In this document: positions 8,455 to 18,475 of the stretch, piece after piece
Position numbering within the stretch: position 1 is the first letter of the stretch
Layout of the letters: every line of letters starts with the position of its first letter
Assembly (NCBI GenBank): GCA_049965555.1
Contig: JBMFWF010000010.1
Span: forward strand, 1 to 34,911
From: Candidatus Parvarchaeum sp.
Lineage (GTDB): Archaea; Nanobdellota; Nanobdellia; Parvarchaeales; Parvarchaeaceae
Length of the DNA stretch: 34,911 nucleotides
Direction of reading: 5' to 3'
Position numbers and translations under genes: made by a program
Notes under the pieces: model-generated
Told to the model about the DNA's origin: nothing
What the model saw: the letters and a program-made list of their open reading frames with translations, nothing else
The model's database searches: none

Positions 8455-9348
8455 ATGGAAACAAAGGAATTCAACAAAACAAAAAATAAACTTTCTGTCT
8501 TAGGCGTGGGTACTTGGGAGCTTAGCAACAACAAAGAAGAGAATGTGAAAGCCATAAGATATGCAATAGATAACGGGGTAAACTTCATAGACACTGCAGA
8601 AATGTACAATACGGAGGATGTAGTGGGAGAAGCAATAAAAGGATATGAAAGAGAAAAACTTTTTATTGCAAGTAAAGTTTGGCCGACACATTTCAAATAT
8701 GATGATGTAATAAAAGCATGCGAAGCAAGCTTAAAAAAGATAGGAACAGATTATTTGGACCTATATCAGCTGCATTGGCCTACTAAATCGATTCCTATAA
8801 AAGAGACAATGCAAGCGATGGAAAAGCTAGTAGAAGAAGGTAAAGTAAAGAACATAGGGATAAGCAATTTTTCGCTTGATGAGATGAAAGAGGCTCAATC
8901 AGTTATGTCAAAATACGAAATAGCTTCTAATCAGGTAGAATACAGCATAGTTACAAGAGACATAGAAAAGACGGGCGTATTCGATTATTGCATGGAAAAT
9001 CACATTGCAGTGATAGCGTATAGTCCTTTATCGCATGGAAAGATGTTCAATAACAAGGAATTGCTCGAAGATATAGGCAAAATAGCAAACAAATATGGAA
9101 AGACTCCTGCCCAGATTGCATTGAGCTGGCTTGTTCATAGAAGGAATACATTCCCGATACCTAAAGCTAGCAACATTGAACACATGAAAGAAGATATAGG
9201 AGCTGCAGATATAAAGCTGGATAAAGAGGACATAGATTTTCTTTCCGGATTGGAAAGCAAGTATTATACTGAACCGATAGCAAAACAGCATAAAAAGAAT
9301 GAAGACAAGGTAAACCAGTATAATTTTAAGGAAGAAAAAATAAACTAA
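8455..9348 (+). CDS. Aldo/keto reductase
   Basis: LGVGTW, IDTAEMY, SKVWP, LDLYQLHWP, IGISNF, NQVEY, AYSPL, IPKAS. Confidence 0.95.
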   Translation: METKEFNKTKNKLSVLGVGTWELSNNKEENVKAIRYAIDNGVNFIDTAEMYNTEDVVGEAIKGYEREKLFIASKVWPTHFKYDDVIKACEASLKKIGTDYLDLYQLHWPTKSIPIKETMQAMEKLVEEGKVKNIGISNFSLDEMKEAQSVMSKYEIASNQVEYSIVTRDIEKTGVFDYCMENHIAVIAYSPLSHGKMFNNKELLEDIGKIANKYGKTPAQIALSWLVHRRNTFPIPKASNIEHMKEDIGAADIKLDKEDIDFLSGLESKYYTEPIAKQHKKNEDKVNQYNFKEEKIN

Positions 9349-9382
9349 AGGCATTAAAACAAAGAAAATCATTTAATTTAAT

Positions 9383-9763
9383 ATGACGTGCAATACTGTA
9401 GACCTTTTAAATCTACTTGGGAAAAAGTGGGATGCAACTGTATTAGAAGAAATAAACAAAAATGAGGGCATAAGTTTCGATAGACTTCTTTTATTAAATC
9501 CAAAGATCTATCCTAAAACGCTGAACAAAGCCTTAAATGATCTAATCAAAAGGGAGCTTGTAACCAAGAAGATATTCTACAATAATAACATGAAAAGAAG
9601 CGAGTATAGCATAACTGAAACAGGCAAAGCGCTCATTTCCGCATTTGAATCTTTTAAAAGCATTAATTGTGGCAGTTCAGAAAACATCAAAGACTGCGGG
9701 GAATGCAAAAACGGGCCAAATAGCGGCAATAAAGTTGTTAATTACAATAGTATTAGTTTATAG
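9383..9763 (+). CDS. HxlR/DUF24 winged-helix regulator
   Basis: N-terminal Cys, LLGKKW, F..L, K.L...L..L, EYSITE.G. Extra C-terminal CxxC. Confidence 0.8.
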   Translation: MTCNTVDLLNLLGKKWDATVLEEINKNEGISFDRLLLLNPKIYPKTLNKALNDLIKRELVTKKIFYNNNMKRSEYSITETGKALISAFESFKSINCGSSENIKDCGECKNGPNSGNKVVNYNSISL

Positions 9764-9835
9764 TTTTGAATAATATAAAAACTTGTAACTTATTGTATAG
9801 TACCCCTTTATAAACGAAGAAATAGTATTATAATT

Positions 9836-10477
9836 ATGGGATTTGTTGATGAATTGGCACTAGAATTGTTCTTTGTTGCATTCATTGGCTTCCTAATGGA
9901 TTATACAGTGATTGCTATATATAGAGATTACAGAGCAAGATACATACGTAAATCAAATTCAAAAGTAAGCATAGAATCACATCTGCAGGGTTCAATATAC
10001 ATGTTTGCTGCTATAGCAGTATTCATTCTAGTGATGGGCTTTTATGGAGAAGTGACTTGGAACCTTCCCGGTGCATACGATTTATTATTCTACGATCCTT
10101 TCATAATGTTAGGCATACTTACACTGGGATTCGTATTATCAGTCAAATATAACCAGAAATTGCAGTACGTTGGACTTATTGCATTATTTATGGGTTTAGT
10201 GTTGATTGAATATGGGATTTCGGGATACAATTTAGGCTATACAAATTCTCCATTAGCACTACTTGGATTATATGCTACTTTTGGCGTTGCAGGGATATTT
10301 GCTTACCCGACTACATTGGTAATGGACAAATACAGGGAAAATGGCAGTAATAAGCCGCTTAACAAAAGTTGGGTAGTATACATAATACTGTTTTTGATTT
10401 TCTTAACATTAGGTTCATTGCTTGCAGCATACATTGGTGGAGTTGCGGTTCCTGCCCACCTCGCAGCTCCTCCTTAA
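9836..10477 (+). CDS. DUF981-like membrane protein
   Basis: FVD.L.L start, W.LPGAYDLLFYDP motif, about 6 TM helices, ends in AHL..PP. Confidence 0.7.
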   Translation: MGFVDELALELFFVAFIGFLMDYTVIAIYRDYRARYIRKSNSKVSIESHLQGSIYMFAAIAVFILVMGFYGEVTWNLPGAYDLLFYDPFIMLGILTLGFVLSVKYNQKLQYVGLIALFMGLVLIEYGISGYNLGYTNSPLALLGLYATFGVAGIFAYPTTLVMDKYRENGSNKPLNKSWVVYIILFLIFLTLGSLLAAYIGGVAVPAHLAAPP

Positions 10478-10541
10478 TTTATTAAATTTTAACTTCTAAA
10501 AAGCAAAAACTATTAATATTATTTACTTTCTAATAGAGAAA

Positions 10542-11507
10542 ATGAAAATAGAGCTGCTTCTTGGAGCAATGAAGAACATTGAAACTGCTAAAAACGGAAG
10601 CCCTTATGAGGTTATAGAAAACATACACCGAGCTAAAGATAAGGGAATAGACGTTTTAATAGGGCCAGAATGGAGCCTTACATGTCCCCCTGGTGTTTAT
10701 ACCAAAACACTTATTAAAAAAAACAAAGCAAAGGATGCAATTGATATACTGTTCAATGCACCGGATTATGTAGAATATGCTCCCAGAGATGCAAAAAAGA
10801 TTCTTGAAGCTCAAATAGAAGATGGACTTGAAATATTTGATGAAGTTCCTAGGATACCGTATTCAAAAAGAGAATATCAGAAACTATTAAATGGACTTAA
10901 GATGGCGAGCCGCGGGTCTGATATGATTATCTTCCCTGGAACCGCCATGTTTTATGATGAAAATAAGGTTCTTTATAATGTCATGCCTGTAGTAAGGGAC
11001 GGCGAATTAGTTAAAGAAATATACAAGTTTAGAGATGGTTTAGGTTCTAATTTTAATTTGAATGATGAGCTTATTCTCTACCCAACTGAGGTATACTCAA
11101 AGTCAATTTATAACCCGAGTAAAAATAAATTAAAATTTACGAACGACGAGAAATATCAAAGATTCGAAAATATAATTTATACGGGCTGTACTAATGCAGA
11201 GCCCATAAGTAAACTGTCATACGGCGGTAATCCTATAATTCATTTTAATGGCTTACTAACTTCGGCAGAGATATGCGCGGATGCTGGTTTGCTGTCTGAA
11301 ATGAACGTAAATAATCTTGATTTGCAGATATTGTCCTCTTGCGGCAATTCTTCTACAGAAAGCGTTATAAACAATAGCGGGTACATTGCTGTTGTTGATG
11401 GCTTTAAGGATGTGGAAATAAGGGTTTCAGGCAAGCATACTCCTAAATTAAGACCGGTAGAAAAATCCGATAAAATGTATTCGTTTAATCTAGAGTTTTA
11501 TTTATAA
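10542..11507 (+). CDS. Divergent carbon-nitrogen hydrolase (nitrilase fold) protein
   Basis: Candidate E-K-C triad in DVLIGPEW, IYKF and EICAD. Confidence 0.55.
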   Translation: MKIELLLGAMKNIETAKNGSPYEVIENIHRAKDKGIDVLIGPEWSLTCPPGVYTKTLIKKNKAKDAIDILFNAPDYVEYAPRDAKKILEAQIEDGLEIFDEVPRIPYSKREYQKLLNGLKMASRGSDMIIFPGTAMFYDENKVLYNVMPVVRDGELVKEIYKFRDGLGSNFNLNDELILYPTEVYSKSIYNPSKNKLKFTNDEKYQRFENIIYTGCTNAEPISKLSYGGNPIIHFNGLLTSAEICADAGLLSEMNVNNLDLQILSSCGNSSTESVINNSGYIAVVDGFKDVEIRVSGKHTPKLRPVEKSDKMYSFNLEFYL

Positions 11508-12065
11508 CTCTCCCTTATTAGCTCTTTTCTTCTTAAGCAAATGCTCTTTACTTAAATAATATAGAAAGGGAGAAACACAGATTATAGTAAGGGGTATAAA
11601 TGACTGTGCATAGCTCATATTCGCTATTACGTTGTTATAATTGTTCATTGCAAGGTAATTGTGCAATGAAACCAGCGATTCTGATCCACCCAAGCCAAGA
11701 TATATACTTCCAAGCATTTGCCTGTTTTTCAAACCGACTTTTTTATGTATTTTTGAGGAAAAAATATACATGGATATATTCGCTATTATATAGGAGCTTA
11801 TCGCTGAAGGTATTATTCCCATATAATTAAATAACTTGGCCATAATGGGATTGGCTTCCTGCCCTCCTTGATATTCAATGCCAAAATAAGTAAGTATCCT
11901 GTCAGAGAACATTGCCGCGCTTTCGTAAATAAACTTAAATTTTACAGCCAAATTGTCCTTGTAGAAATTCTTTAAGCCAGAAAAAGCCCTGTTGAGGTAA
12001 TATTTTAGATTTTTCTTTGGATAGCTTTCTTTTTTTCCGTCTTCAATTATGGAGTCTAAGCCCAT
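11502..12065 (-). CDS. Membrane protein, DUF5658-like
   Basis: D..LTY.G.....EANP.M motif followed by hydrophobic helices. Confidence 0.6.
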   Translation of the reverse strand: MGLDSIIEDGKKESYPKKNLKYYLNRAFSGLKNFYKDNLAVKFKFIYESAAMFSDRILTYFGIEYQGGQEANPIMAKLFNYMGIIPSAISSYIIANISMYIFSSKIHKKVGLKNRQMLGSIYLGLGGSESLVSLHNYLAMNNYNNVIANMSYAQSFIPLTIICVSPFLYYLSKEHLLKKKRANKGEL

Positions 12066-12080
12066 TACAACACTAAAGAA

Positions 12081-13289
12081 TCATTGCTTATAAACCCTTT
12101 TTTTATTGGAAGATAATACTTTAAAGTAAACAAAACCGCCTATTGATTGGAGTATGCCACCTAAAAGCACTGGGAAGGGGAGAGAAACATCCATCAAATA
12201 ACCAGATAAACCGGAACTTGTCTGTGAAAGCCGGTTTGCTAGGCCCATTATACTAGAAGCCGTACCATAATCCTGGGAATTGACGCCGCTCATGTTTACT
12301 GCGCTCCTGGAAGGTGAGCCAAAGCCTGCTATAAATGAACGTATTGTGAAGAAAAGCGAAGAAAGAACAAAAAGAGGGGAAAATGCTATTGCAATGAGCA
12401 TAACGCCTAGTAATGTTCTTGTATAAGAAGCTGTGAAAAGCGTGGAAAATCTGGGAGAATAAGCTTTCTTAGACGCTGCGTATGCAGCGATGGCAGTAGC
12501 TGCGTAAGAAAGAGTGTATATTATGCCTATAAGGCTACTGTTTACATCAAAACGCAGTTCAAACCACAAAGGGAGGAGGGGAACTGCCATACCCAAGCCA
12601 AAACCGTTTAATGAATTGGCAAGTATAACCTTAATTGAATAGTGCATGCTCTCTCTTTTCATTATCTTTGTCATTTTTCTTGGTCTCTTTACTTCTGCAA
12701 CGAATAACAGTGAAAGGAGAGATATCAACAGCATAAATGCTGAAAATCCGAATAATACCCTGAAACTTGATATTATGCCGACGTAATTAACGAAAAATGC
12801 CTTGAAATAAAGCATCAAACTTCCTAATATAGCGAATGCGGAGCCGACATAAGTTGTATCTGCCAATTTTTTTACTCTTTCCTTATTGTCTTTCCAATTA
12901 CTCACTATCAAAGCGGTGGATCCTGGTGAAAATGTCCCACGCATCCCTCCGGCAGCGCCTGCTATCCCCCCGATTGTTGCAGCTATTACTATAGCAAAGA
13001 AGTTAGTTGAAGTTGTAAGCAATATTAGAGCAACAAGAGGGAAAACCTCTCCGATTATAAGCGATTTCTTGTAGCCTATTCTGTCGCCCAATGCACCAAG
13101 AAGAAGCGATAATATGGCATTGAATGCCATTATAACAAAATATATTATACCTATTGAAATTATGCTGTAATGAAGTGCAAACATATACAGTGGCAGGGAT
13201 AATGTCACGAATATTAATGCTACACTTCTAGATGCTCTGGAAATTAAGAAGAATTTAAAGGTACTCTCTTCCTTCCCCTGTTTATTCAT
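12081..13289 (-). CDS. MFS transporter (12-TM)
   Basis: GALGDRIGYKK motif A and about 12 hydrophobic segments. Confidence 0.85.
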   Translation of the reverse strand: MNKQGKEESTFKFFLISRASRSVALIFVTLSLPLYMFALHYSIISIGIIYFVIMAFNAILSLLLGALGDRIGYKKSLIIGEVFPLVALILLTTSTNFFAIVIAATIGGIAGAAGGMRGTFSPGSTALIVSNWKDNKERVKKLADTTYVGSAFAILGSLMLYFKAFFVNYVGIISSFRVLFGFSAFMLLISLLSLLFVAEVKRPRKMTKIMKRESMHYSIKVILANSLNGFGLGMAVPLLPLWFELRFDVNSSLIGIIYTLSYAATAIAAYAASKKAYSPRFSTLFTASYTRTLLGVMLIAIAFSPLFVLSSLFFTIRSFIAGFGSPSRSAVNMSGVNSQDYGTASSIMGLANRLSQTSSGLSGYLMDVSLPFPVLLGGILQSIGGFVYFKVLSSNKKRVYKQ

Positions 13290-13362
13290 TCATTTATTTT
13301 GCAATACATGTATATATTCTTTATACGCAAAACATTATTAGGCTTGCTTGCTAAATTATTAA

Positions 13363-14415
13363 ATGGAAGGCTTAAGAGGCCAGAGTTCAATAAGCATTAT
13401 AAAAAAAAGAGACAGTATTCTTCTTGATTTAAGAAAGACAAAACAGGCCAAGATTTGGGAAGTTCCTGGCGGCGGTATAGAAGAGGGAGAAACTGCCGAA
13501 GAAGCAGTCAAAAGAGAGACAAAGGAAGAAGTAGATATTGATATAGACAATCCAACATGGCTTGGTGCAAAAAACCAAGCGATACACTGGATAAATGCAG
13601 GTATAGATCATTTTTTCTTATCAACTTCCTTTTCTGGAAAACCGACAGCAGTAGATATAAAGGATAAAGAAACTATCGGAGTAAGGTGGATAAAGATAAG
13701 CGACATAAAAAAGATGCTTAATATCAGCTGGAGAATAGTTGATGCGATGTATTTTCTTTCTCTTCGTTTTCCCGGCCTTAGGACAGAATACTACAAAATA
13801 AAAAATGCATTCGATAACCGAGCTGTTTATTCTTTTGAAAGATTTTCTTATTGGCCCGGAAAGCCGTCTTCTTTCTATAGGTACAAAAATTACCTTGATA
13901 ATAGGTTATTGGATAAGACTAAAGAGATTTTGGATAAAAGCAAACCGCCCATACTTCAGATAAATCCCGGCTTTGGAGAGATAACTAAACGATTAATAGA
14001 GAAATTCGGCGTAATCGATGTAGTAGAACTTTCTCCGGAAGCAAGATACTCTCTTGCAAAGAATTTTGGCACCAAAGTTCATTTTATAAGAGGGCTCCCG
14101 GAGGTTTTCCATTCCAGCAAAAAATATAATAGCGTGATAGCATTGAACTCCTTCATATACCAGCCTTCTTATATCTTATTTGGGCAAAGTATAGTGTCTT
14201 CAATGGATCTTGGGGGCAAGCTTCTCTTTTCGCCTTTGAGTGTGAAACGCCATATCCTACCTTCGTCGTATGTAGCCTACCGCCATTCTGTAAGCAATCT
14301 AGATTCTTACAGGCAATTCTTTATTGATTTTGGCCTTAAATTTGATGAATCCTACAGTTTTTATCTGGACAGGCTTAACAACATAAAAACAAACGTAATT
14401 GCATTTACAAAATAA
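13363..14415 (+). CDS. Nudix hydrolase fused to a class I SAM-methyltransferase-like domain
   Basis: Nudix box PGGGIEEGETAEEAVKRETKEE. C-half has ILQINPGFG, DVVELSPE, YNSVIA and LGGKLLF, in the order expected for Rossmann MTase motifs. Confidence 0.75.
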   Translation: MEGLRGQSSISIIKKRDSILLDLRKTKQAKIWEVPGGGIEEGETAEEAVKRETKEEVDIDIDNPTWLGAKNQAIHWINAGIDHFFLSTSFSGKPTAVDIKDKETIGVRWIKISDIKKMLNISWRIVDAMYFLSLRFPGLRTEYYKIKNAFDNRAVYSFERFSYWPGKPSSFYRYKNYLDNRLLDKTKEILDKSKPPILQINPGFGEITKRLIEKFGVIDVVELSPEARYSLAKNFGTKVHFIRGLPEVFHSSKKYNSVIALNSFIYQPSYILFGQSIVSSMDLGGKLLFSPLSVKRHILPSSYVAYRHSVSNLDSYRQFFIDFGLKFDESYSFYLDRLNNIKTNVIAFTK

Positions 14416-14471
14416 TATCGTTTCTACGATATTATAGAAAGATTTATATTTATCCAATGAATTCCTAGAAA

Positions 14472-15026
14472 ATGGAAAAAATAACAATAGCAGCAATTGC
14501 AGGAAGCCTTAGAAAAGACTCGTTTAATAAAGCAATAATAAACACCGCTAAAAAATACGCGCCTGAAAATATAGCGATAGAGATACTTGACTTGAAGGAT
14601 ATCCCATTGTTTAATCAAGATGAAGAAAAAGAGATGCCGGAAAGCGTAAAGATATTCAAGGAAAAGATAAAGAAGGCAGACGCCGTATTGATAGCTACTC
14701 CTGAATATAATAGATCCATACCTGGAGTTTTAAAAAATGCAATAGATTGGGCTTCTAGACCATACGGTGACAATTCATTTGATGACAAAGCAGTTGCGAC
14801 AATAGGAGCAACCGGCGGCTCAATAATAGGAACAGCAGTAGCGCAATACCACTTAAGACAGATATTCTCATTTCTAAACGCACATCCTTTGGAAAGGCCA
14901 CAGGTTTTTATAGGGGGAGCAAGCGATAAAATTGAAAATGGCCTTTTTGTAGATGAAGACACTATAACATTAATAAAGGACCTGGTACAAAAGCTTGCAG
15001 AATGGGCTATTCGGCTGAAGAAATAG
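14472..15026 (+). CDS. NAD(P)H-dependent FMN reductase (ChrR-like)
   Basis: GSLRKDSFN, TPEYNRSIPGVLKNAIDWASRP, AQYHLRQ. Confidence 0.93.
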   Translation: MEKITIAAIAGSLRKDSFNKAIINTAKKYAPENIAIEILDLKDIPLFNQDEEKEMPESVKIFKEKIKKADAVLIATPEYNRSIPGVLKNAIDWASRPYGDNSFDDKAVATIGATGGSIIGTAVAQYHLRQIFSFLNAHPLERPQVFIGGASDKIENGLFVDEDTITLIKDLVQKLAEWAIRLKK

Positions 15027-15034
15027 AAAACTTG

Positions 15035-15676
15035 TCAATGAGTTTTTCTTTTATATAAGACACTTTTCAAGCTGTAGATATGTTGAATCGGCATTAGTAA
15101 AAACAATAAAGAATACATGCCTTTTATTGCCATTTTCCTATAATCCTGCCAATAGATATATTCTTTTGAAAACTCATCCAAAAATTTCTTGAAGCCGGCT
15201 TTGTTTGAATAGTTGTAATATGCAGCTGATAATATCATCAAGGATATATCCCAATACATGTATCTCTTCTTGTCGCTTTTAATTGCCTGTTCTGAATCTA
15301 TTATATATGCAGTTTCAGAATCGCATATAAAGTTGTCAAGCTTTGAATCTCCTAAAGAATAGCCCTCTTTATGTATATCTGAAAATAATCTTCCTATCTT
15401 TGATCCTTCGCAGTAATCTATTTTTCCATTTATATATTCACGATTTATTTCTTTGTTTTCGATATTAAAGGAATAAACTTTAGGTTTCTTTATATCATTA
15501 TTGGAATTGAGAAATTCTAATTCCCTTTCAAGCCTGCTTTTTGGCAGGGCAGCAAAGGGATAGAACAGCTGTAAAATCGGGGATAAAAGCCACTTATAAG
15601 AATTAAAACTATTGTATTTTTTTCTGATTATTTTGCGATCTTTCTCTTCCTTGATCAATACCTGGCTCAAGACCAT
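15035..15676 (-). CDS. Atypical protein-kinase-like protein (Bud32/RIO/Kdo-like)
   Basis: RE helix, REYI.G hinge, H..G.SLGDSKLDNF catalytic loop, IIDSEQ. Confidence 0.7.
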   Translation of the reverse strand: MVLSQVLIKEEKDRKIIRKKYNSFNSYKWLLSPILQLFYPFAALPKSRLERELEFLNSNNDIKKPKVYSFNIENKEINREYINGKIDYCEGSKIGRLFSDIHKEGYSLGDSKLDNFICDSETAYIIDSEQAIKSDKKRYMYWDISLMILSAAYYNYSNKAGFKKFLDEFSKEYIYWQDYRKMAIKGMYSLLFLLMPIQHIYSLKSVLYKRKTH

Positions 15677-15701
15677 TAAATTTAAAGATTATAATGGATA
15701 T

Positions 15702-16220
15702 TTAAGCCTTAATTTCATTCTTCCTTTCAAAAAGCAAGAGGTAATGGTATCTTAATTCCTTTTCTTTTATTAACTTAAAGCCTATGCTTTTCATATCCTC
15801 CTCAACCTTTTCCTTGCTTAATCTTATGCTTACAGGAGGGCCGAACATAGTATCTTCTGGCTTGAAATCTAACACGGCAATATATCTCTTTGCTATTTTC
15901 CCTATGTTTTCCAAGGCTTTTTCATTACATTCCTGCATTAGATCATGATAAACGTTTGACATGAAAACCAAATCAAATGAACCGGAAGAATAATCACAGA
16001 TATCTGCTTTTATGGTTTTTATACCTGCTTGTTTAAGCTCGCCAAAATACATATCATTTAAATCCAAAACAGTTACATCATCTGTCTTTTCCAGCATTTT
16101 CTTGCTGAAAAAGCCGTCCCTTCCGCCTATATCAATTACACTATGCCCTCTTTTAATATTGAGAAAATCAATTATGGTTTTATCATTTAATCCACTCATT
16201 TCTCTGATTTTATCTAGCAT
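15702..16220 (-). CDS. Class I SAM-dependent methyltransferase
   Basis: VIDIGGRDG, VLD, FDLVFMSNVYHD, FGPP...R. Confidence 0.85.
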   Translation of the reverse strand: MLDKIREMSGLNDKTIIDFLNIKRGHSVIDIGGRDGFFSKKMLEKTDDVTVLDLNDMYFGELKQAGIKTIKADICDYSSGSFDLVFMSNVYHDLMQECNEKALENIGKIAKRYIAVLDFKPEDTMFGPPVSIRLSKEKVEEDMKSIGFKLIKEKELRYHYLLLFERKNEIKA

Positions 16221-16321
16221 AAGATTTTTTTAAAGTAATTAAACTATTTAAATTATTTGATATTGAAAATTTCTACTATAGCTAGATAACGTTTAAATTT
16301 ACCAAAAATTTCGATATTAAG

Positions 16322-17452
16322 ATGGAAGAAGTATCCGATGAATCAGAGAGTAAGAAAAATATAGCTTCAGAGAATGACACTAAAAGTGCTTCCGTCAATA
16401 ATGATGAAAACAAGAGCAATAAAGACAGCAACGGCAGCAACACTCTTCCTTCTGATGACAGCATACCTAACAATCCGGGCGGTGATATAAAGATCAACAA
16501 ATATCTAATAATCGGGGTAGCCGTTATAGTGATTCTTCTCATAATTGCATATTTCTTTTATCACTACAATATATTAGGGGCAAGAGTGTTTGTAAGACAT
16601 GCTTTAGGCCTAAGCACTTCGAGTTATACCGCTAACTATGCCCTTAAAACTCTAGTTTCAAGCAATTTTGCCGGAGTTAATAAATTAAATCTTTCGTCAG
16701 CAGCCGTTAGTGCAGAAGGCTTAAACTCTTCCAATTTTAAAAGTTACACTATTTTTGGTGCAGGAAACGTTGCAAAAGATGTAGAAAACGGCTCCTTGCC
16801 TCCAGGAGTAAATGGACTTCTCATCTTTATCGGAGCTTTAAAAAACAATCAAAGCCTTGGATACTATTATCATGTTATGTCTGCTTCGAAAAATCTTTAC
16901 AATATAACTATCGGAGGCATACCTGCAATCGAAGGAATAGAAAACACGACCCCGCCAGAAAACTCTTCGTATTCTGGAGCATATGGAGCCTTTAATCTTA
17001 CTGGTTATAGATGCAATAGCTCAGGATTTGACGCCATTCTATATAGTAAACTGAATCAAACCGTTAAAATAACAAATGCTTCAATTTACTCTATTGCCAA
17101 CATGAGTAGATTAAATAGCTCAGTATTCAATTCCTCTGTGAAATTTATAAAACCTAATGAAACATTTAATGTTCTTTTTCCAGAAGAAAAATGTAATGCA
17201 AGCGGATACTCAACTCAGTTTACAATATCTACTAATTATAGCATAAGTAGTCTCAGGGGCTTTGTAAGCTTTGTAAAGTTTTCTCCTTATCTAGTCAAAC
17301 AAAATCAATCCGAGTTAATAACAGTCCTGGCAGTAAATAATTCTACTCTTTATGAAATATCTGCTCTTTCAAATGGAAACAACTATGTAGATGAGCTAAA
17401 TTCAGGATTTAATACTTTTATTAAAGGTATTACGCTTTCAGATTTCACTTAA
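16322..17452 (+). CDS. Single-pass membrane-anchored surface glycoprotein
   Basis: Disordered N/D/S-rich N-terminus, one TM helix, then a domain with about 20 NxS/T sequons (hand count). Confidence 0.75.
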   Translation: MEEVSDESESKKNIASENDTKSASVNNDENKSNKDSNGSNTLPSDDSIPNNPGGDIKINKYLIIGVAVIVILLIIAYFFYHYNILGARVFVRHALGLSTSSYTANYALKTLVSSNFAGVNKLNLSSAAVSAEGLNSSNFKSYTIFGAGNVAKDVENGSLPPGVNGLLIFIGALKNNQSLGYYYHVMSASKNLYNITIGGIPAIEGIENTTPPENSSYSGAYGAFNLTGYRCNSSGFDAILYSKLNQTVKITNASIYSIANMSRLNSSVFNSSVKFIKPNETFNVLFPEEKCNASGYSTQFTISTNYSISSLRGFVSFVKFSPYLVKQNQSELITVLAVNNSTLYEISALSNGNNYVDELNSGFNTFIKGITLSDFT

Positions 17453-17554
17453 TTCAAATTCTTTATTTCACCATAATTATTTGCACGGCCTTTATTTTTT
17501 ATTAAAAATAGATAATGACTATAACTATTAATTATATAATCTCTATTATTTTGA

Positions 17555-18343
17555 ATGGCTGAACAAAATAATATAATTAATTTATTTGATTTACATGGAA
17601 AGAGCGCAATAGTAACAGGTGCTTCCAGTGGGTTAGGAATAAGTTTTACCGAAGCATTAGCAGAAGCTGGAGCAGATGTACTTATCTGCGCAAGAAGGGA
17701 AGATAAACTTCTTGAAAACGCAAAAAGGATAAGTTCTTATACAGGTAGGAAAATAATTGCTGTAAAAGCTGATCTTACGAATGAAGATGATATAATAAAT
17801 GTCGTTCAAAGAGCAGATCAGGAATTCGGCAAGATAGACATATTAGTTAATAACGCTGGTTCTGCAGTAGCAGGTTCTTCACTTGAATTGAAAAAGGAGG
17901 ACTGGCAAAAAGTCCTTGATCTTGATATCTCTGCTGTTTTTCTTCTTTCAAAAGAAGTAATATCAGACATGATAAAGAAGACAATAAACGGAAGCATAAT
18001 AAATATTGCATCAATATATGGTTTATTTGGCGACATAATCCCTGCTGCCCCTTACTATGCAAGCAAAGGCGCGGTGGTGAATCTTACACGTGCGATGTCT
18101 GTTGAGTTCGCAAGTAAATGTATACGTATAAACGCAATAGCCCCCGGCTTCTTTCCAAGTGAGATGACAAGCGGATTGCTTTCCGATAAAGCCGTATTAG
18201 ATCATATAAATCAGCGTACGCCGCTTGGCAGAGTTGGTAATCCAAATGAACTTAAGGGCGCGGTGATATTCCTTGCTTCAAATGCATCTTCTTACGTTAC
18301 GGGACATATCCTCGCGGTAGATGGTGGATGGAGCGCAGTCTAA
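17555..18343 (+). CDS. SDR oxidoreductase (gluconate 5-dehydrogenase/FabG-like)
   Basis: TGASSGLG, NNAG, YYASKG, PGFFPS, VDGG. Confidence 0.93.
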   Translation: MAEQNNIINLFDLHGKSAIVTGASSGLGISFTEALAEAGADVLICARREDKLLENAKRISSYTGRKIIAVKADLTNEDDIINVVQRADQEFGKIDILVNNAGSAVAGSSLELKKEDWQKVLDLDISAVFLLSKEVISDMIKKTINGSIINIASIYGLFGDIIPAAPYYASKGAVVNLTRAMSVEFASKCIRINAIAPGFFPSEMTSGLLSDKAVLDHINQRTPLGRVGNPNELKGAVIFLASNASSYVTGHILAVDGGWSAV

Positions 18344-18475
18344 ATAAATCGCTAGAAATGGCTCCATAGTGTTAGCTCGGCTTTAGAATTAGCTTAGTTT
18401 TTGAAAGTAAGATAGTACTAAGGCTAAAACCTAAAATTGGCTAATTATTAATATTTGTCAATACTTATACTAACT

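Noticed and set aside
18360-18382. GGCTCCATAGTGTTAGCTCGGC resembles the 5' end of an archaeal tRNA
   Set aside because: No anticodon arm, T-loop (GTTCRA) or matching acceptor strand nearby. Too short to call a tRNA or split-tRNA half.
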